From NCBI GenBank assembly GCA_963675755.2, contig CAXXMD010000002.1:2016001-2080000 (forward strand): a DNA stretch of 64,000 nucleotides, written 5' to 3'. The DNA comes from a bacterium. Its GTDB lineage: Bacteria > Zhuqueibacterota > Zhuqueibacteria > Residuimicrobiales > Krinioviventaceae. Below the pieces are notes generated by a model that had not been told where the DNA came from, ran no database searches, and was given only the letters and a program-made list of their open reading frames with translations. Below, one piece after another: positions 1-8,709 of this stretch. How positions within the stretch are numbered: position 1 is the stretch's first letter; each line of letters opens with the position of its first letter. A program made the position numbers and the translations under genes.

Positions 1-517
1 CAAATGAACCGTCGGCAAGAACCATTTCCACTTCTTTCAGATTGTCAATTGTCAGTCCATATTTTCGGGTCAGATAACCCAGTCCACCGCCAAGTGTAAG
101 GCCCCCAACACCTGTAGTAGAAATAATCCCCGCAGGTACGGCCAATCCAAATGGATGGGTTGCATGGTCTACATCTCCCCATTTACATCCCCCTCCCACA
201 CGTACGGTTTGGTTCTTTTTATCAATATGAGTATAACTGATATGTGACAAATCAATAACCAATCCATGATCACAAATCCCCAATCCCGCCGCATTATGCC
301 CACCTCCACGAATGGATAACAAGAGATTGTTATTCCTGCCAAAGTTAACCGCAGTAATTACATCCGCAACATCCGCACAATACGCAATCATTGCAGGACG
401 TTTATGAATCATACCATTATAAACCTTGCAGGCATTTTCATATTCGGGATCCCCTTCAACAACCAATTCTCCTCTCAAGCTCTCTCTAAACTCGTTTATC
501 AAGATACTTTTAAGCAT
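1..517 (-). CDS. FAD-linked oxidoreductase (FAD-binding PCMH/BBE-like), 5' part; runs off the window start
   Basis: Not in the ORF track. Hand translation from ATG at 517 gives MLKSILINEFRESLRGELV...RPAMIAYCADVADV...SIRGGGHNAAGLGICDHGLVIDLS, containing the RGGGH flavin-attachment motif. SD AGGTGG lies upstream. Confidence 0.9.
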   Translation of the reverse strand, partial: MLKSILINEFRESLRGELVVEGDPEYENACKVYNGMIHKRPAMIAYCADVADVITAVNFGRNNNLLLSIRGGGHNAAGLGICDHGLVIDLSHISYTHIDKKNQTVRVGGGCKWGDVDHATHPFGLAVPAGIISTTGVGGLTLGGGLGYLTRKYGLTIDNLKEVEMVLADGSF

Positions 518-606
518 TGCTTTTCCACCTAATGCCGTAATTACAGAAAGATCTAACATAGTTACCTCCGTAATATTATATACAAGAAATAAACAGATCC
601 ATACTA

Positions 607-1518
607 TCATTTATTGATTTTAAATTGAAAAACATCAGGCCTGTTATAGTGGCCTGCCGCATCAAACATCCTTTTCGATACCGTTATCAAATCAAGATCA
701 ATTTCAGCATAGAGTATTTCTTCTTTTTCTCCAACCGGACCCGCAATGATTTCTCCTTGTGGATTGATGATACAGCTGTTTCCTGCATTAATCCAATCTC
801 TTCCTTCCGGATACAAGGATTTAAAATCATACCGGTCTGGAATATCATCTATTTGCAAAGCCATACAACAGCTAATAACAAACAAACCTCCTTCCCGTGC
901 TATATACTGCATGGCTAAAAGCCAATTATTACTCTTGTCCCATGTTGGTGCAGCTAAAATTTGAGTTCCTGCCTGGTACATTGACATTCTTGCCAACGGC
1001 ATAAAATTCTCCCAACAGATCAAACCACCCAGCCTGGCAAAAGATGTATCAAATGCATGTAAAGTTGAGCCATCTCCCTGGGCCCATATAAGCCGTTCTC
1101 CTCCCGTTGGCATCAATTTCCTATGTTTACCCATGATCTCTCCCTTGTCATCGATAAACAACATTGTATTATAAAGACTTGAATTACTGGATTCGCTGTT
1201 ACGCTCGTTTATCCCCATAACCACATATATACCGGCCTTTTTTGCAGCTTTACAGAGTTGTTCCGTGGAATTGTCCGGAATACTGACAGCATTATTTATC
1301 AATTCCTTGTACAATTCATTTAAAACAGCACCTTTGCTGTTTGGCACAAGCCAAACCCAATCCGGATAACCAGCAATAAATGCTTCGGGAAAAACGATCA
1401 GTTTGGCTCCCTGTTGACCTGCTTTTTCAATAATATCGCATGCTTTATTAACCGTTTCAGTCTTATTCAAAAAAACCGGGGACACTTGGGCGGCTGCCAC
1501 TAGAATCTTTTCGTTCAT
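607..1518 (-). CDS. Carbon-nitrogen hydrolase / nitrilase
   Basis: Catalytic triad motifs FPEAF, HRKLMPT and LICWEN. Start reassigned to ATG 1518 (SD AAAGGAG) from the ORF-track 1620. Confidence 0.92.
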   Translation of the reverse strand: MNEKILVAAAQVSPVFLNKTETVNKACDIIEKAGQQGAKLIVFPEAFIAGYPDWVWLVPNSKGAVLNELYKELINNAVSIPDNSTEQLCKAAKKAGIYVVMGINERNSESSNSSLYNTMLFIDDKGEIMGKHRKLMPTGGERLIWAQGDGSTLHAFDTSFARLGGLICWENFMPLARMSMYQAGTQILAAPTWDKSNNWLLAMQYIAREGGLFVISCCMALQIDDIPDRYDFKSLYPEGRDWINAGNSCIINPQGEIIAGPVGEKEEILYAEIDLDLITVSKRMFDAAGHYNRPDVFQFKINK

Positions 1519-1944
1519 AGAAACTCCTTTTGCAGAGTACAAGAAAACAATTACAATAAAGACAAATTGCAACCGATGCATTACAAACTCCTTATCATTC
1601 AGGTTAAAATGATGAATCATCTGTTTACAATTAAACTGTGCGGATATTTTTATTTTTTAAATTTAAATTATGCTGTTTTGAAGAAAAGAAGATTGAAAGG
1701 AATAAAACAACTTTTAGGAATCAACAAAATGCACTCAAACAGCATCAAACAAAGACCAAAAACATTCAATCCAAGAACTGAATTCAATTCAGGACAGGGT
1801 ATAGTTAACAGCGGCAAATAACAAATTATTCTCACACTATGGATATAATATTAAATAGTTGCAAAATAAGCAGAGTTTAAGATTGAATAATGGATTAACA
1901 AAATGGATTCTACAGGTGCAGTTATTATGGGTTGGAATTTTTGA

Positions 1945-1974
1945 CCCACCGGGAGATTTGCTCTCCCGGTAGGT
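1945..1974. terminator. GC-rich hairpin at the 3' end of the virion operon
   Basis: accgggaga-tttgc-tctcccggt, just past the stop at 1981. The U-tract is only on the + strand, so orientation is uncertain. Confidence 0.5.
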
Positions 1975-1980
1975 TTTATA

Positions 1981-2256
1981 TCAGTCCCCATCCACATTGG
2001 CCAGCGGCACTTTGAATTCACCGGCAACGGATTCGATTACGGATTTTACCGCGCTTACGGCGGCATCGTCCAGTTCTGTTCCTGAACGCTCGCTGAGCGG
2101 CTCCAACTCCGCATCCACAACAGGATAAAGCGTTGCAAGTGCAACAGCACCATGCTCGGGTTCACGCTCCATTAATGATTGCAGGAGCGGTTTTAACACC
2201 TGTTCCAATGCCAGTTTAATCACCGGTGCCAGCAAATTCAACAATTGTTCTTTCAT
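1981..2256 (-). CDS. Small helical phage-type protein (lysis-module position)
   Basis: 91 aa with strong SD AAAGGGGAG. Amphipathic N-terminus and a TELDDAAV motif. Last gene of the operon. Confidence 0.6.
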   Translation of the reverse strand: MKEQLLNLLAPVIKLALEQVLKPLLQSLMEREPEHGAVALATLYPVVDAELEPLSERSGTELDDAAVSAVKSVIESVAGEFKVPLANVDGD

Positions 2257-2318
2257 GTGTTCTCCCCTTTACGAGTTGATTAATCACTATGAGGATTCCC
2301 CCCTTGTGAGGTACACCA

Positions 2319-2540
2319 TCATTTTTTATGTACCGACTTTAATCTCGTCAGCATCTGTTTTTCTCTTACCAGCGCGTCACCCCCTTCTTTTAACCGGCCC
2401 CGCTTTTCCCCCAATCCAAAAGTCATCCACACAAAACCGGCTTTGCACAACCAGGGCGATATCGTTTGTCCCGCCCCCGGAATAAAATTCACCGCTCCCC
2501 CCAAGCCCAAAAGCAGCAATCCCGTCAACGTTTTTGGCAA
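2319..2540 (-). CDS. Putative holin-like small membrane protein
   Basis: 73 aa with two hydrophobic segments followed by a basic tail. TTG start with SD AAAGGAGG. Follows the tail genes. Confidence 0.5.
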   Translation of the reverse strand: MPKTLTGLLLLGLGGAVNFIPGAGQTISPWLCKAGFVWMTFGLGEKRGRLKEGGDALVREKQMLTRLKSVHKK

Positions 2541-2556
2541 ATCTCCTCCTTTCTTT

Positions 2557-2940
2557 TTATTGTTCTACAAATTTCAATTCTATATCCCGTTTGGCTTCAT
2601 CCAATCCCCCTGTATAATATTCAGGTATTTCACACGCCATTCTCACAGCAATATTTACAGATTCCCCCTTAACATTGCAATATTGCAACTGCATCAGCTC
2701 GTCGTTACCCGCAAGCTTTGCCAGTTTATCAAACGTTGATCGTCTTGCGGTCCGAATGGAACAAGTATAAACATCATATGCCTGCCCATATCGCAGAATG
2801 AATGGCCTGCGATTCTGCAGCCGTTTCAATGTAAACGGTTGAATGATTCTGACTTTTAGGGACCGTACTTCATCCGAATAAAAAGTTAATGTGACAGATT
2901 CCCCTCCACCGGGTACGGTTATATACAATGCTTCTGTCAT
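2557..2940 (-). CDS. Putative distal-tail/minor tail protein (paralog of 5936-6319)
   Basis: 127 aa; shares the TV..G..T..FY.DEVR pattern with 5936-6319. ATGA overlap with the upstream gene. Confidence 0.55.
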   Translation of the reverse strand: MTEALYITVPGGGESVTLTFYSDEVRSLKVRIIQPFTLKRLQNRRPFILRYGQAYDVYTCSIRTARRSTFDKLAKLAGNDELMQLQYCNVKGESVNIAVRMACEIPEYYTGGLDEAKRDIELKFVEQ

Positions 2941-5936
2941 ATTGATATCTCCTGCTCATGGGTAATATCATATCCCTTCAACAGCACTTCAATCCCATCA
3001 GTAAATGATATCTGTTTACCGGTAACCCGAATATATCGATCCAATTCAGGTTTTTCACTCTGTACATGCAGCACATCACCAATCTCGATGGGGATTCCCT
3101 GCAAGTTCAACCGACACTGAATCACCAGTACCCCAAAAGCCCACATTTCATATAATTCCGAGACCAGCAAAGCAACGGATTCCGATGCAAAATAACCCGG
3201 CAGATCAAGTTGAGCGCTTTGCAGCAAACCGGATTGCAATTGGCTGAAAGGAATATCCGTTGGGCCGGTATATATAGATCTGAAAAAATAGGTATTGTTA
3301 TCATAATCATATCCATAGCGCAATTGCCATGAATTCACCCGTTCCCTAGAACCCATTTCCGTCCCGGGTAATAAATTGGTATCCCCACTTGTATCTACGA
3401 CTGGTGCCTCACAACGACGATGCACAAATAACCGTTCAACACCCCAGTTATCATTATACAAGAATCCATTCAAATGCTGTGCAACACATTCCAATGCCTG
3501 CAAAACAGACATGTCCCGCTCTAACGATAAACTGATATGCAATCCATTATCCTCACACCAGAGATATTCACGATCAAAATTATAATTGGGGTCAGGCAGG
3601 TCCCTTTTTTTGATATAAACATCACTTCCACACGTCAAATCCTCACCAAAAGGATTATTAACAGATACCCGAATACATGGAGGATATGATGCCTGAACAT
3701 CGTTGCCAGAGGCAATAACAAACTCCAGTCCCCCAATTATTAAAATTTCTCCGGTTTGTATTTTCACAGGTGCCGTTACCGCAACATTTATCTCTGTATT
3801 GCCTGCATCAACATCCTCAGCCAACACTCCAATTCGCTTTTGTTCAAAAAAGGATGAAGCCGCAATTAAATGCTGAGGTGTCTCTGCATGTTCACGTAAC
3901 AATTGATAGATAACAGAAACCGGATTAACATCCACCCAGATTCTACCTGTTTTGAATGAAACCTTGTTCCCGCTTCGGGTGGTCCCGTTCCAGGCTGATG
4001 CCAGAATAACAAGCTGATCACCGCCCTGTACCGTATCAAAAGAAAAACCCAGTCTGTAAATCGTCAATCCATCACGTTCCATTATATATGCATATTCACC
4101 ATCCATGGCAATGGCATTGGCATTTCTCAGATAAAAGGGGCCATCCGCTCCACGTATGGTTTCAATCAACCTGGCATTGAATGGATCAGAAATATCAATT
4201 ACACTCAACGCATGATTGATGGAAGACACACTGAACAACCGGTCTCCCTCAATCGTAAACGCCATTCCCGAGCTGTACCAGGGGGAGCCGGCACTGCCAA
4301 ATTCTGTTGCGGTAAAAGGATTTTCAATATCACTGATATCGATCACTAATATTCTACCGTATCGTCCTTTAACAAAGGCATAGTTTCCGGATATTCTCAC
4401 AGAATAGCCGCCTTCGTCAATGGCGAGTGTGGTCACCAGCACCGGATTACCCGGTGCGTCAATATCAATGATCACAAGACGATTATCATGACTTGAAACT
4501 GTCAAAAGATAGTGGTCCGTAATATCAAAATCCCACAAACCCTGCATATAATTTGGTGATCCCATTCCTCCAAATCTTGATAAATATTGAATATTGAACG
4601 GATCATCGACATCGAACACACATACCGTATCTTGTCCCTGCACATATAAAAAATGGCCGTTCAATTTGCATTTCACCGCAAAAAAATCTTCCGGCACTCC
4701 TTCAGTCCCGGCGGTTTTGGTATCAATCAACACAGGATTATAAGGATCTGAAACATAAAAACACTTTAATTTGCCAATAAACGATCCACTGTTGATATCA
4801 ACGTATGCAACATACACATTATTGGATATTTTCTCTACTGCTGCATAAATACAGCTATCAGCAAATGAAATAGATGAACATTGTACAGGACTTGCAGGAT
4901 CACTCACATCCAGAATGACCAGTTTGCCTGTTTCCACAACCGGAGTGAAAACCCAATCCAGATCTTTAACCAGGTCCCATGCAAAACCCATATCATTATC
5001 CGGGCCGTTATACCTCCCGGTCATTCCATAATATCTGTCATAAACACGCCCATCCATTCCGGGCCCGGATAATGTATATTTTGTATTTGTGATAAAATCC
5101 AGCTGCCATTTACCTGGACGGCAGCCCGCTTGTGGGAAAATGGATTCACGCTCCAGATCGCATGATGCGTCATCATTCCAACGGATGCTAGAAGCGCCGG
5201 AATGCTCTCCACTCACGCACAATAATCGTGATGTTTCGTCCGAATCTACACCCACCAGTGCTCTGTCCAGCTTGCTTTTCCGCGAATCTACCAGAACCAT
5301 CCGAATAGCCCCGGCCAAAACTTCGGGCACTTTGAGTATCCGTCCCCGGAACAAAACCATGGGCTGCGCTGCACCCGCAAGATGCAGTCTGACCTGCACC
5401 TCTGTATTCTCTGGCATTTGCGAAAACAGATAGCCTCCCCGGGGCATATAAAAAGCCAGTGGCTCGGCAAGTGTGATCCTGTCCGTATGATTGTCGGCAG
5501 TATAACTCAATATTTCTACAATTTGCTGTTGCACCGAACCATAAAAATAATCTTCACCATACAGTACAATGCGTTCTCCCGATGCGTAGGTTACGCCTTC
5601 CTGATGCTGAATCAAAAGTTCGGAACTCCCGAATTCAGCAGCTTCCGCAACAATACTTTTGGCATGATGAAACGGGCTGGCTGGATTTATGGGTGACAGC
5701 GAGCCATCAGGATCAGCAATCTCTATCTCTACATCCCGCAAAACAGAACGTCCACCCCATTGCGGATCCATATCTCTGCTATTATCAAGAGGACTGATAT
5801 GGACGATACTGTTTTGTCCATCAATAACAATTCCCCTCTCTTCAGGGTCAACCAACAGGTCCAGATAATATTGCTGTCCTGCTGCATTTTCCAGTTCCTG
5901 CTGCCAGTCCAAAGGTAAGGTTTTATAATCCGGCAT
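2937..5936 (-). CDS. Large tail hub/receptor-binding protein with central LVIVD-repeat beta-propeller
   Basis: About 1000 aa. Repeats LVILDVSDPASP, VCVFDVDDPFN, LVIIDIDAPGNP, ILVIDISDIENP and LSVIDISDPFNA. N- and C-terminal regions look like a phage tail hub (LFRGRI; IEIGDVLHV). Start placed at ATG 5936 (TAATG overlap, SD GGAG). Confidence 0.7.
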   Translation of the reverse strand: MPDYKTLPLDWQQELENAAGQQYYLDLLVDPEERGIVIDGQNSIVHISPLDNSRDMDPQWGGRSVLRDVEIEIADPDGSLSPINPASPFHHAKSIVAEAAEFGSSELLIQHQEGVTYASGERIVLYGEDYFYGSVQQQIVEILSYTADNHTDRITLAEPLAFYMPRGGYLFSQMPENTEVQVRLHLAGAAQPMVLFRGRILKVPEVLAGAIRMVLVDSRKSKLDRALVGVDSDETSRLLCVSGEHSGASSIRWNDDASCDLERESIFPQAGCRPGKWQLDFITNTKYTLSGPGMDGRVYDRYYGMTGRYNGPDNDMGFAWDLVKDLDWVFTPVVETGKLVILDVSDPASPVQCSSISFADSCIYAAVEKISNNVYVAYVDINSGSFIGKLKCFYVSDPYNPVLIDTKTAGTEGVPEDFFAVKCKLNGHFLYVQGQDTVCVFDVDDPFNIQYLSRFGGMGSPNYMQGLWDFDITDHYLLTVSSHDNRLVIIDIDAPGNPVLVTTLAIDEGGYSVRISGNYAFVKGRYGRILVIDISDIENPFTATEFGSAGSPWYSSGMAFTIEGDRLFSVSSINHALSVIDISDPFNARLIETIRGADGPFYLRNANAIAMDGEYAYIMERDGLTIYRLGFSFDTVQGGDQLVILASAWNGTTRSGNKVSFKTGRIWVDVNPVSVIYQLLREHAETPQHLIAASSFFEQKRIGVLAEDVDAGNTEINVAVTAPVKIQTGEILIIGGLEFVIASGNDVQASYPPCIRVSVNNPFGEDLTCGSDVYIKKRDLPDPNYNFDREYLWCEDNGLHISLSLERDMSVLQALECVAQHLNGFLYNDNWGVERLFVHRRCEAPVVDTSGDTNLLPGTEMGSRERVNSWQLRYGYDYDNNTYFFRSIYTGPTDIPFSQLQSGLLQSAQLDLPGYFASESVALLVSELYEMWAFGVLVIQCRLNLQGIPIEIGDVLHVQSEKPELDRYIRVTGKQISFTDGIEVLLKGYDITHEQEISI

Positions 5937-6319
5937 TATTCGCACTCCAACAAGGTCAATACAGTTTCTGATTTTGCCGCGGATTGATGCCCAAACAAAA
6001 TCGTTTTTTCAAATTCAGGATACAGAATGCATTTCAGCTCAAGATCAGGATTTTTCCCAACAGCATAATGGACTGTCATCACATCCCTGATTGCCGTCAA
6101 TGTTTGGATACGCTCTGCCGAATCAGCATATATATCACAAATACGCATTTGAAGCGTATTCCATACGCCCCCTTCTGTCTCAATACCTGGGACCGTATTG
6201 CCATTTTCACGGACCTGTTGAAAGCGCAGAGGTTGTTTAATCACATCCCGTACCTCATCCCGATAAAATTGAATGGTATTTTCACCATACGCTACAGTGA
6301 CTGCCACATCCCTGCTCAT
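5936..6319 (-). CDS. Putative distal-tail (Dit/gpM-like) protein
   Basis: 127 aa at the position immediately before the hub gene. ATGA coupling at 6316-6319. Confidence 0.55.
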   Translation of the reverse strand: MSRDVAVTVAYGENTIQFYRDEVRDVIKQPLRFQQVRENGNTVPGIETEGGVWNTLQMRICDIYADSAERIQTLTAIRDVMTVHYAVGKNPDLELKCILYPEFEKTILFGHQSAAKSETVLTLLECE

Positions 6320-6489
6320 GCGAACGGTCCCGCTGGTGGTTCAAAATAGCGTTCACGATATTTTATTCGCTGATAAACCCTGTCATCAATCCAGCTTTCA
6401 CGGTCTCTGTTTTGTTTATGCTCCAGAGAAGAGGTAACACCAGGAACAATTCTGGAATCCAATCCCAATGGCTGCTTTATTACGTTCAT
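6316..6489 (-). CDS. 57-aa ORF in the tape-measure slot (unannotated)
   Basis: Hand translation MNVIKQPLGLDSRIVPGVTSSLEHKQNRDRESWIDDRVYQRIKYRERYFEPPAGPFA*. SD CAGGGGG; ATGA overlaps at both ends. Confidence 0.7.
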   Translation of the reverse strand: MNVIKQPLGLDSRIVPGVTSSLEHKQNRDRESWIDDRVYQRIKYRERYFEPPAGPFA

Positions 6490-7295
6490 ATTTCCCCCTG
6501 TTCAGCAATAAATTTTCCATATACAACACGTATATCTGCATTTACCAGTGGAGCAGTATCGAACGCCAGTGCCTGCCCGTTCAACTCTATTCCGTCAGTC
6601 ACATATCTGCCCCAAGTACCTCCCGGCGTTGTTATTACCAGAGCCGCAATCGCCGGATGCGGCCAGCTTTCCGGAATATCAATATCCGGATTCAACAATT
6701 CAACTGGTTGCGTGGATAATTGAAATACCGTGGATGTACCATCCCCCGTAAACCGGTCCGTTCGCAATTCCACTCCCGCGGGAATCCGAAACGGCATCCG
6801 GGTTGATGTAAAGGGAATATCCATAAAATTACATCCATCTACAACCAACGTCCCGGGACTCTCGAGTACAATTTCCGGAAAAACGAAACTGAACTTGTGC
6901 TGCAACGTCTCTGTTCGATATACAGCCTCTAATGCTCCGGCTAGTCGATTATTCATAGTCATGGGAAACAGGAAGGGACCACTGGCAGCCAGCTCCAATC
7001 CAAGCGCAGCATCGAGCAGCTCACCCGCGCAGCTTGACAACATCCGGATTGCACCCCGGTATGCGTAATCAAACCCCAGTGGATGCGGTTCTTCATCATC
7101 CACTCCAAACACCTGCCTGACCTCTGCGGCGGCATAGGGATCCGTTTTCACACGCTCAACACCCTGCAAGTACAAGGGAGCAACGGGTATTGCCGAATCT
7201 CCAAGAGCCGGATGAAATCGAAACAATACATCTTTGCCCTGTAAACATTGTTGCGGTCCTGGTGCTGGTAACCGTTCAGTTAATGACATAATCAT
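6486..7295 (-). CDS. Putative major tail tube protein with C-terminal decoration domain
   Basis: Position after the tail terminator, beta-rich sequence, and a C-terminal FTGDGTSTVFQLS motif typical of virion Ig-like domains. Confidence 0.55.
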   Translation of the reverse strand: MIMSLTERLPAPGPQQCLQGKDVLFRFHPALGDSAIPVAPLYLQGVERVKTDPYAAAEVRQVFGVDDEEPHPLGFDYAYRGAIRMLSSCAGELLDAALGLELAASGPFLFPMTMNNRLAGALEAVYRTETLQHKFSFVFPEIVLESPGTLVVDGCNFMDIPFTSTRMPFRIPAGVELRTDRFTGDGTSTVFQLSTQPVELLNPDIDIPESWPHPAIAALVITTPGGTWGRYVTDGIELNGQALAFDTAPLVNADIRVVYGKFIAEQGEI

Positions 7296-7789
7296 TCCCC
7301 CTGCCTGACATTCAACTCAATTCTGAATTTACTGTGGATCATATCCCGATTTGCATTATGTTCACACACAGGCCCCTCAGATCCTTTTATCTGGATCCCG
7401 TGTGTTGTCAATGTTTGTGCACTGTGTAATACACCTTTTAGCTCCACATTGAATGTCCGTGTATGCAAATCAAAAGGATTGGTAAAACAGGATAAAAGCT
7501 CGCTCAAAATCACCTGGTGCTCATCAATCCCCCCGCTTGCTGGATCATTCCACACGCCAATTGTCAACTCGAACAACAATAACGGTTCGCAGCCCAGATA
7601 ATTTTCTTGTCCGTTTAAAACCGGTGTATTTACATAAATAACCGGATGTTCTACATGGTCCTGTATATTTTTATGATTATAACCGGGTTCAATTCTACAT
7701 CCCCTCAATACAGCCGAATCCAGCGCAACTGCATTTAGCAGTGCCATAAAACACGATTGTATTTCTGTCAAAACTCTGTCTCTGTTCAT
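7292..7789 (-). CDS. Putative tail terminator/completion protein
   Basis: Synteny and an HPVIYV...FELTIGVW pattern. Start reassigned to ATG 7789 (SD CAGGAG). Confidence 0.5.
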   Translation of the reverse strand: MNRDRVLTEIQSCFMALLNAVALDSAVLRGCRIEPGYNHKNIQDHVEHPVIYVNTPVLNGQENYLGCEPLLLFELTIGVWNDPASGGIDEHQVILSELLSCFTNPFDLHTRTFNVELKGVLHSAQTLTTHGIQIKGSEGPVCEHNANRDMIHSKFRIELNVRQGE

Positions 7790-7793
7790 ATGC

Positions 7794-8258
7794 CTACTCC
7801 TGACCCTGTATTTGACGAAGAATTGCAAACTGGGCCACTTTTTCATCCGATGACAAAATCTCACTTTGCTTTAACCGATACCGGCAGCCATTGTACACAA
7901 AATAATCATTCAACAGGTCCAGTGTATTTAAATCCAGAAAAGTACCATCCTCTTCATTCACCGTTCCAATGATCATCATGTCCCGGGCAGTTACATTGCC
8001 CACAACCTGAAACTGTACAAAGGTTTTCACCATGGTATAGTTGAATACAAAGGCCTTTATGGACAATTCAGAAACGACAGTCCCTGTCCGCCCAACACCC
8101 TCGCAATCCGTATCAACAGGATGATTGCGATGCCATTCAGGCGAGTATACCCCGGTCTTTTCCGCACAGGGACAATTACTGCCGCCCCCATGTCGGACCA
8201 GCGTTAATCCGGTACCATAACGCAACACATCCTGACAAAATAATTGATGGTCAGTCAT
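7794..8258 (-). CDS. Putative head-closure/neck protein with CPC...CxGxG motif
   Basis: Synteny after the head-tail adaptor. Motifs NCPC, DCEGVG and DYFVYNGCRYRL. Start at ATG 8258 overlaps the upstream stop. Confidence 0.55.
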   Translation of the reverse strand: MTDHQLFCQDVLRYGTGLTLVRHGGGSNCPCAEKTGVYSPEWHRNHPVDTDCEGVGRTGTVVSELSIKAFVFNYTMVKTFVQFQVVGNVTARDMMIIGTVNEEDGTFLDLNTLDLLNDYFVYNGCRYRLKQSEILSSDEKVAQFAILRQIQGQE

Positions 8259-8655
8259 ATTTGCTTCCCCCAAACGATCCGCTCCACCACGGCCCATGTT
8301 CTGAACATCCCAGCAAATTCAGATATTGCTGCCATTCCTCCATCAGCGTTTGACAGATTTGTGCCTTTTCCTGTGCGGAAACCGGTTTGATCTCTACAGG
8401 ACCGCTTTTACTGCCTCTGACCGGAGCCGAACTGACAACCTTGTGCGCAACAAAAGCAACCTGTGCCGCTTTTGCCAGCACCAGCTCTGATGCAGTCAAT
8501 CCTGCCAAGTCCAATCCGTTTTTATCCAGAACCAATTCCAACCAGGCATCCCCAGCTGGAATAAATGCGGTACCCGCAAGTTCCTGATCCGACACTTCCA
8601 GCTCCGTCATTGTCCGTAACCTTGCTCTTACATCCGCTGCTGTAATATTTGCCAT
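8251..8655 (-). CDS. Head-tail connector/adaptor (gp6/gp15-like)
   Basis: 134 aa, helical, N-terminal ITAADVRARL and later SGPVEI motif, directly after the major capsid gene. Confidence 0.65.
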   Translation of the reverse strand: MANITAADVRARLRTMTELEVSDQELAGTAFIPAGDAWLELVLDKNGLDLAGLTASELVLAKAAQVAFVAHKVVSSAPVRGSKSGPVEIKPVSAQEKAQICQTLMEEWQQYLNLLGCSEHGPWWSGSFGGSKYD

Positions 8656-8669
8656 ATTTTCACCTGTTT

Positions 8670-8697
8670 AAAAACAGGGGCGATTGACCGCCCCTGT
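8670..8697 (-). terminator. Intrinsic terminator after the major capsid gene
   Basis: acaggggcg-attgac-cgcccctgt followed by a U5 tract on the minus strand. Confidence 0.7.
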
Positions 8698-8709
8698 AAA
8701 ATGAAAGAA

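Noticed and set aside
1620-1940. ORF-track extension of the nitrilase and ORF 1567-1821
   Set aside because: AT-rich promoter DNA; the nitrilase has a better SD-supported start at 1518.
2937-5936. Diversity-generating retroelement target
   Set aside because: No reverse transcriptase and no template/variable repeat pair seen.
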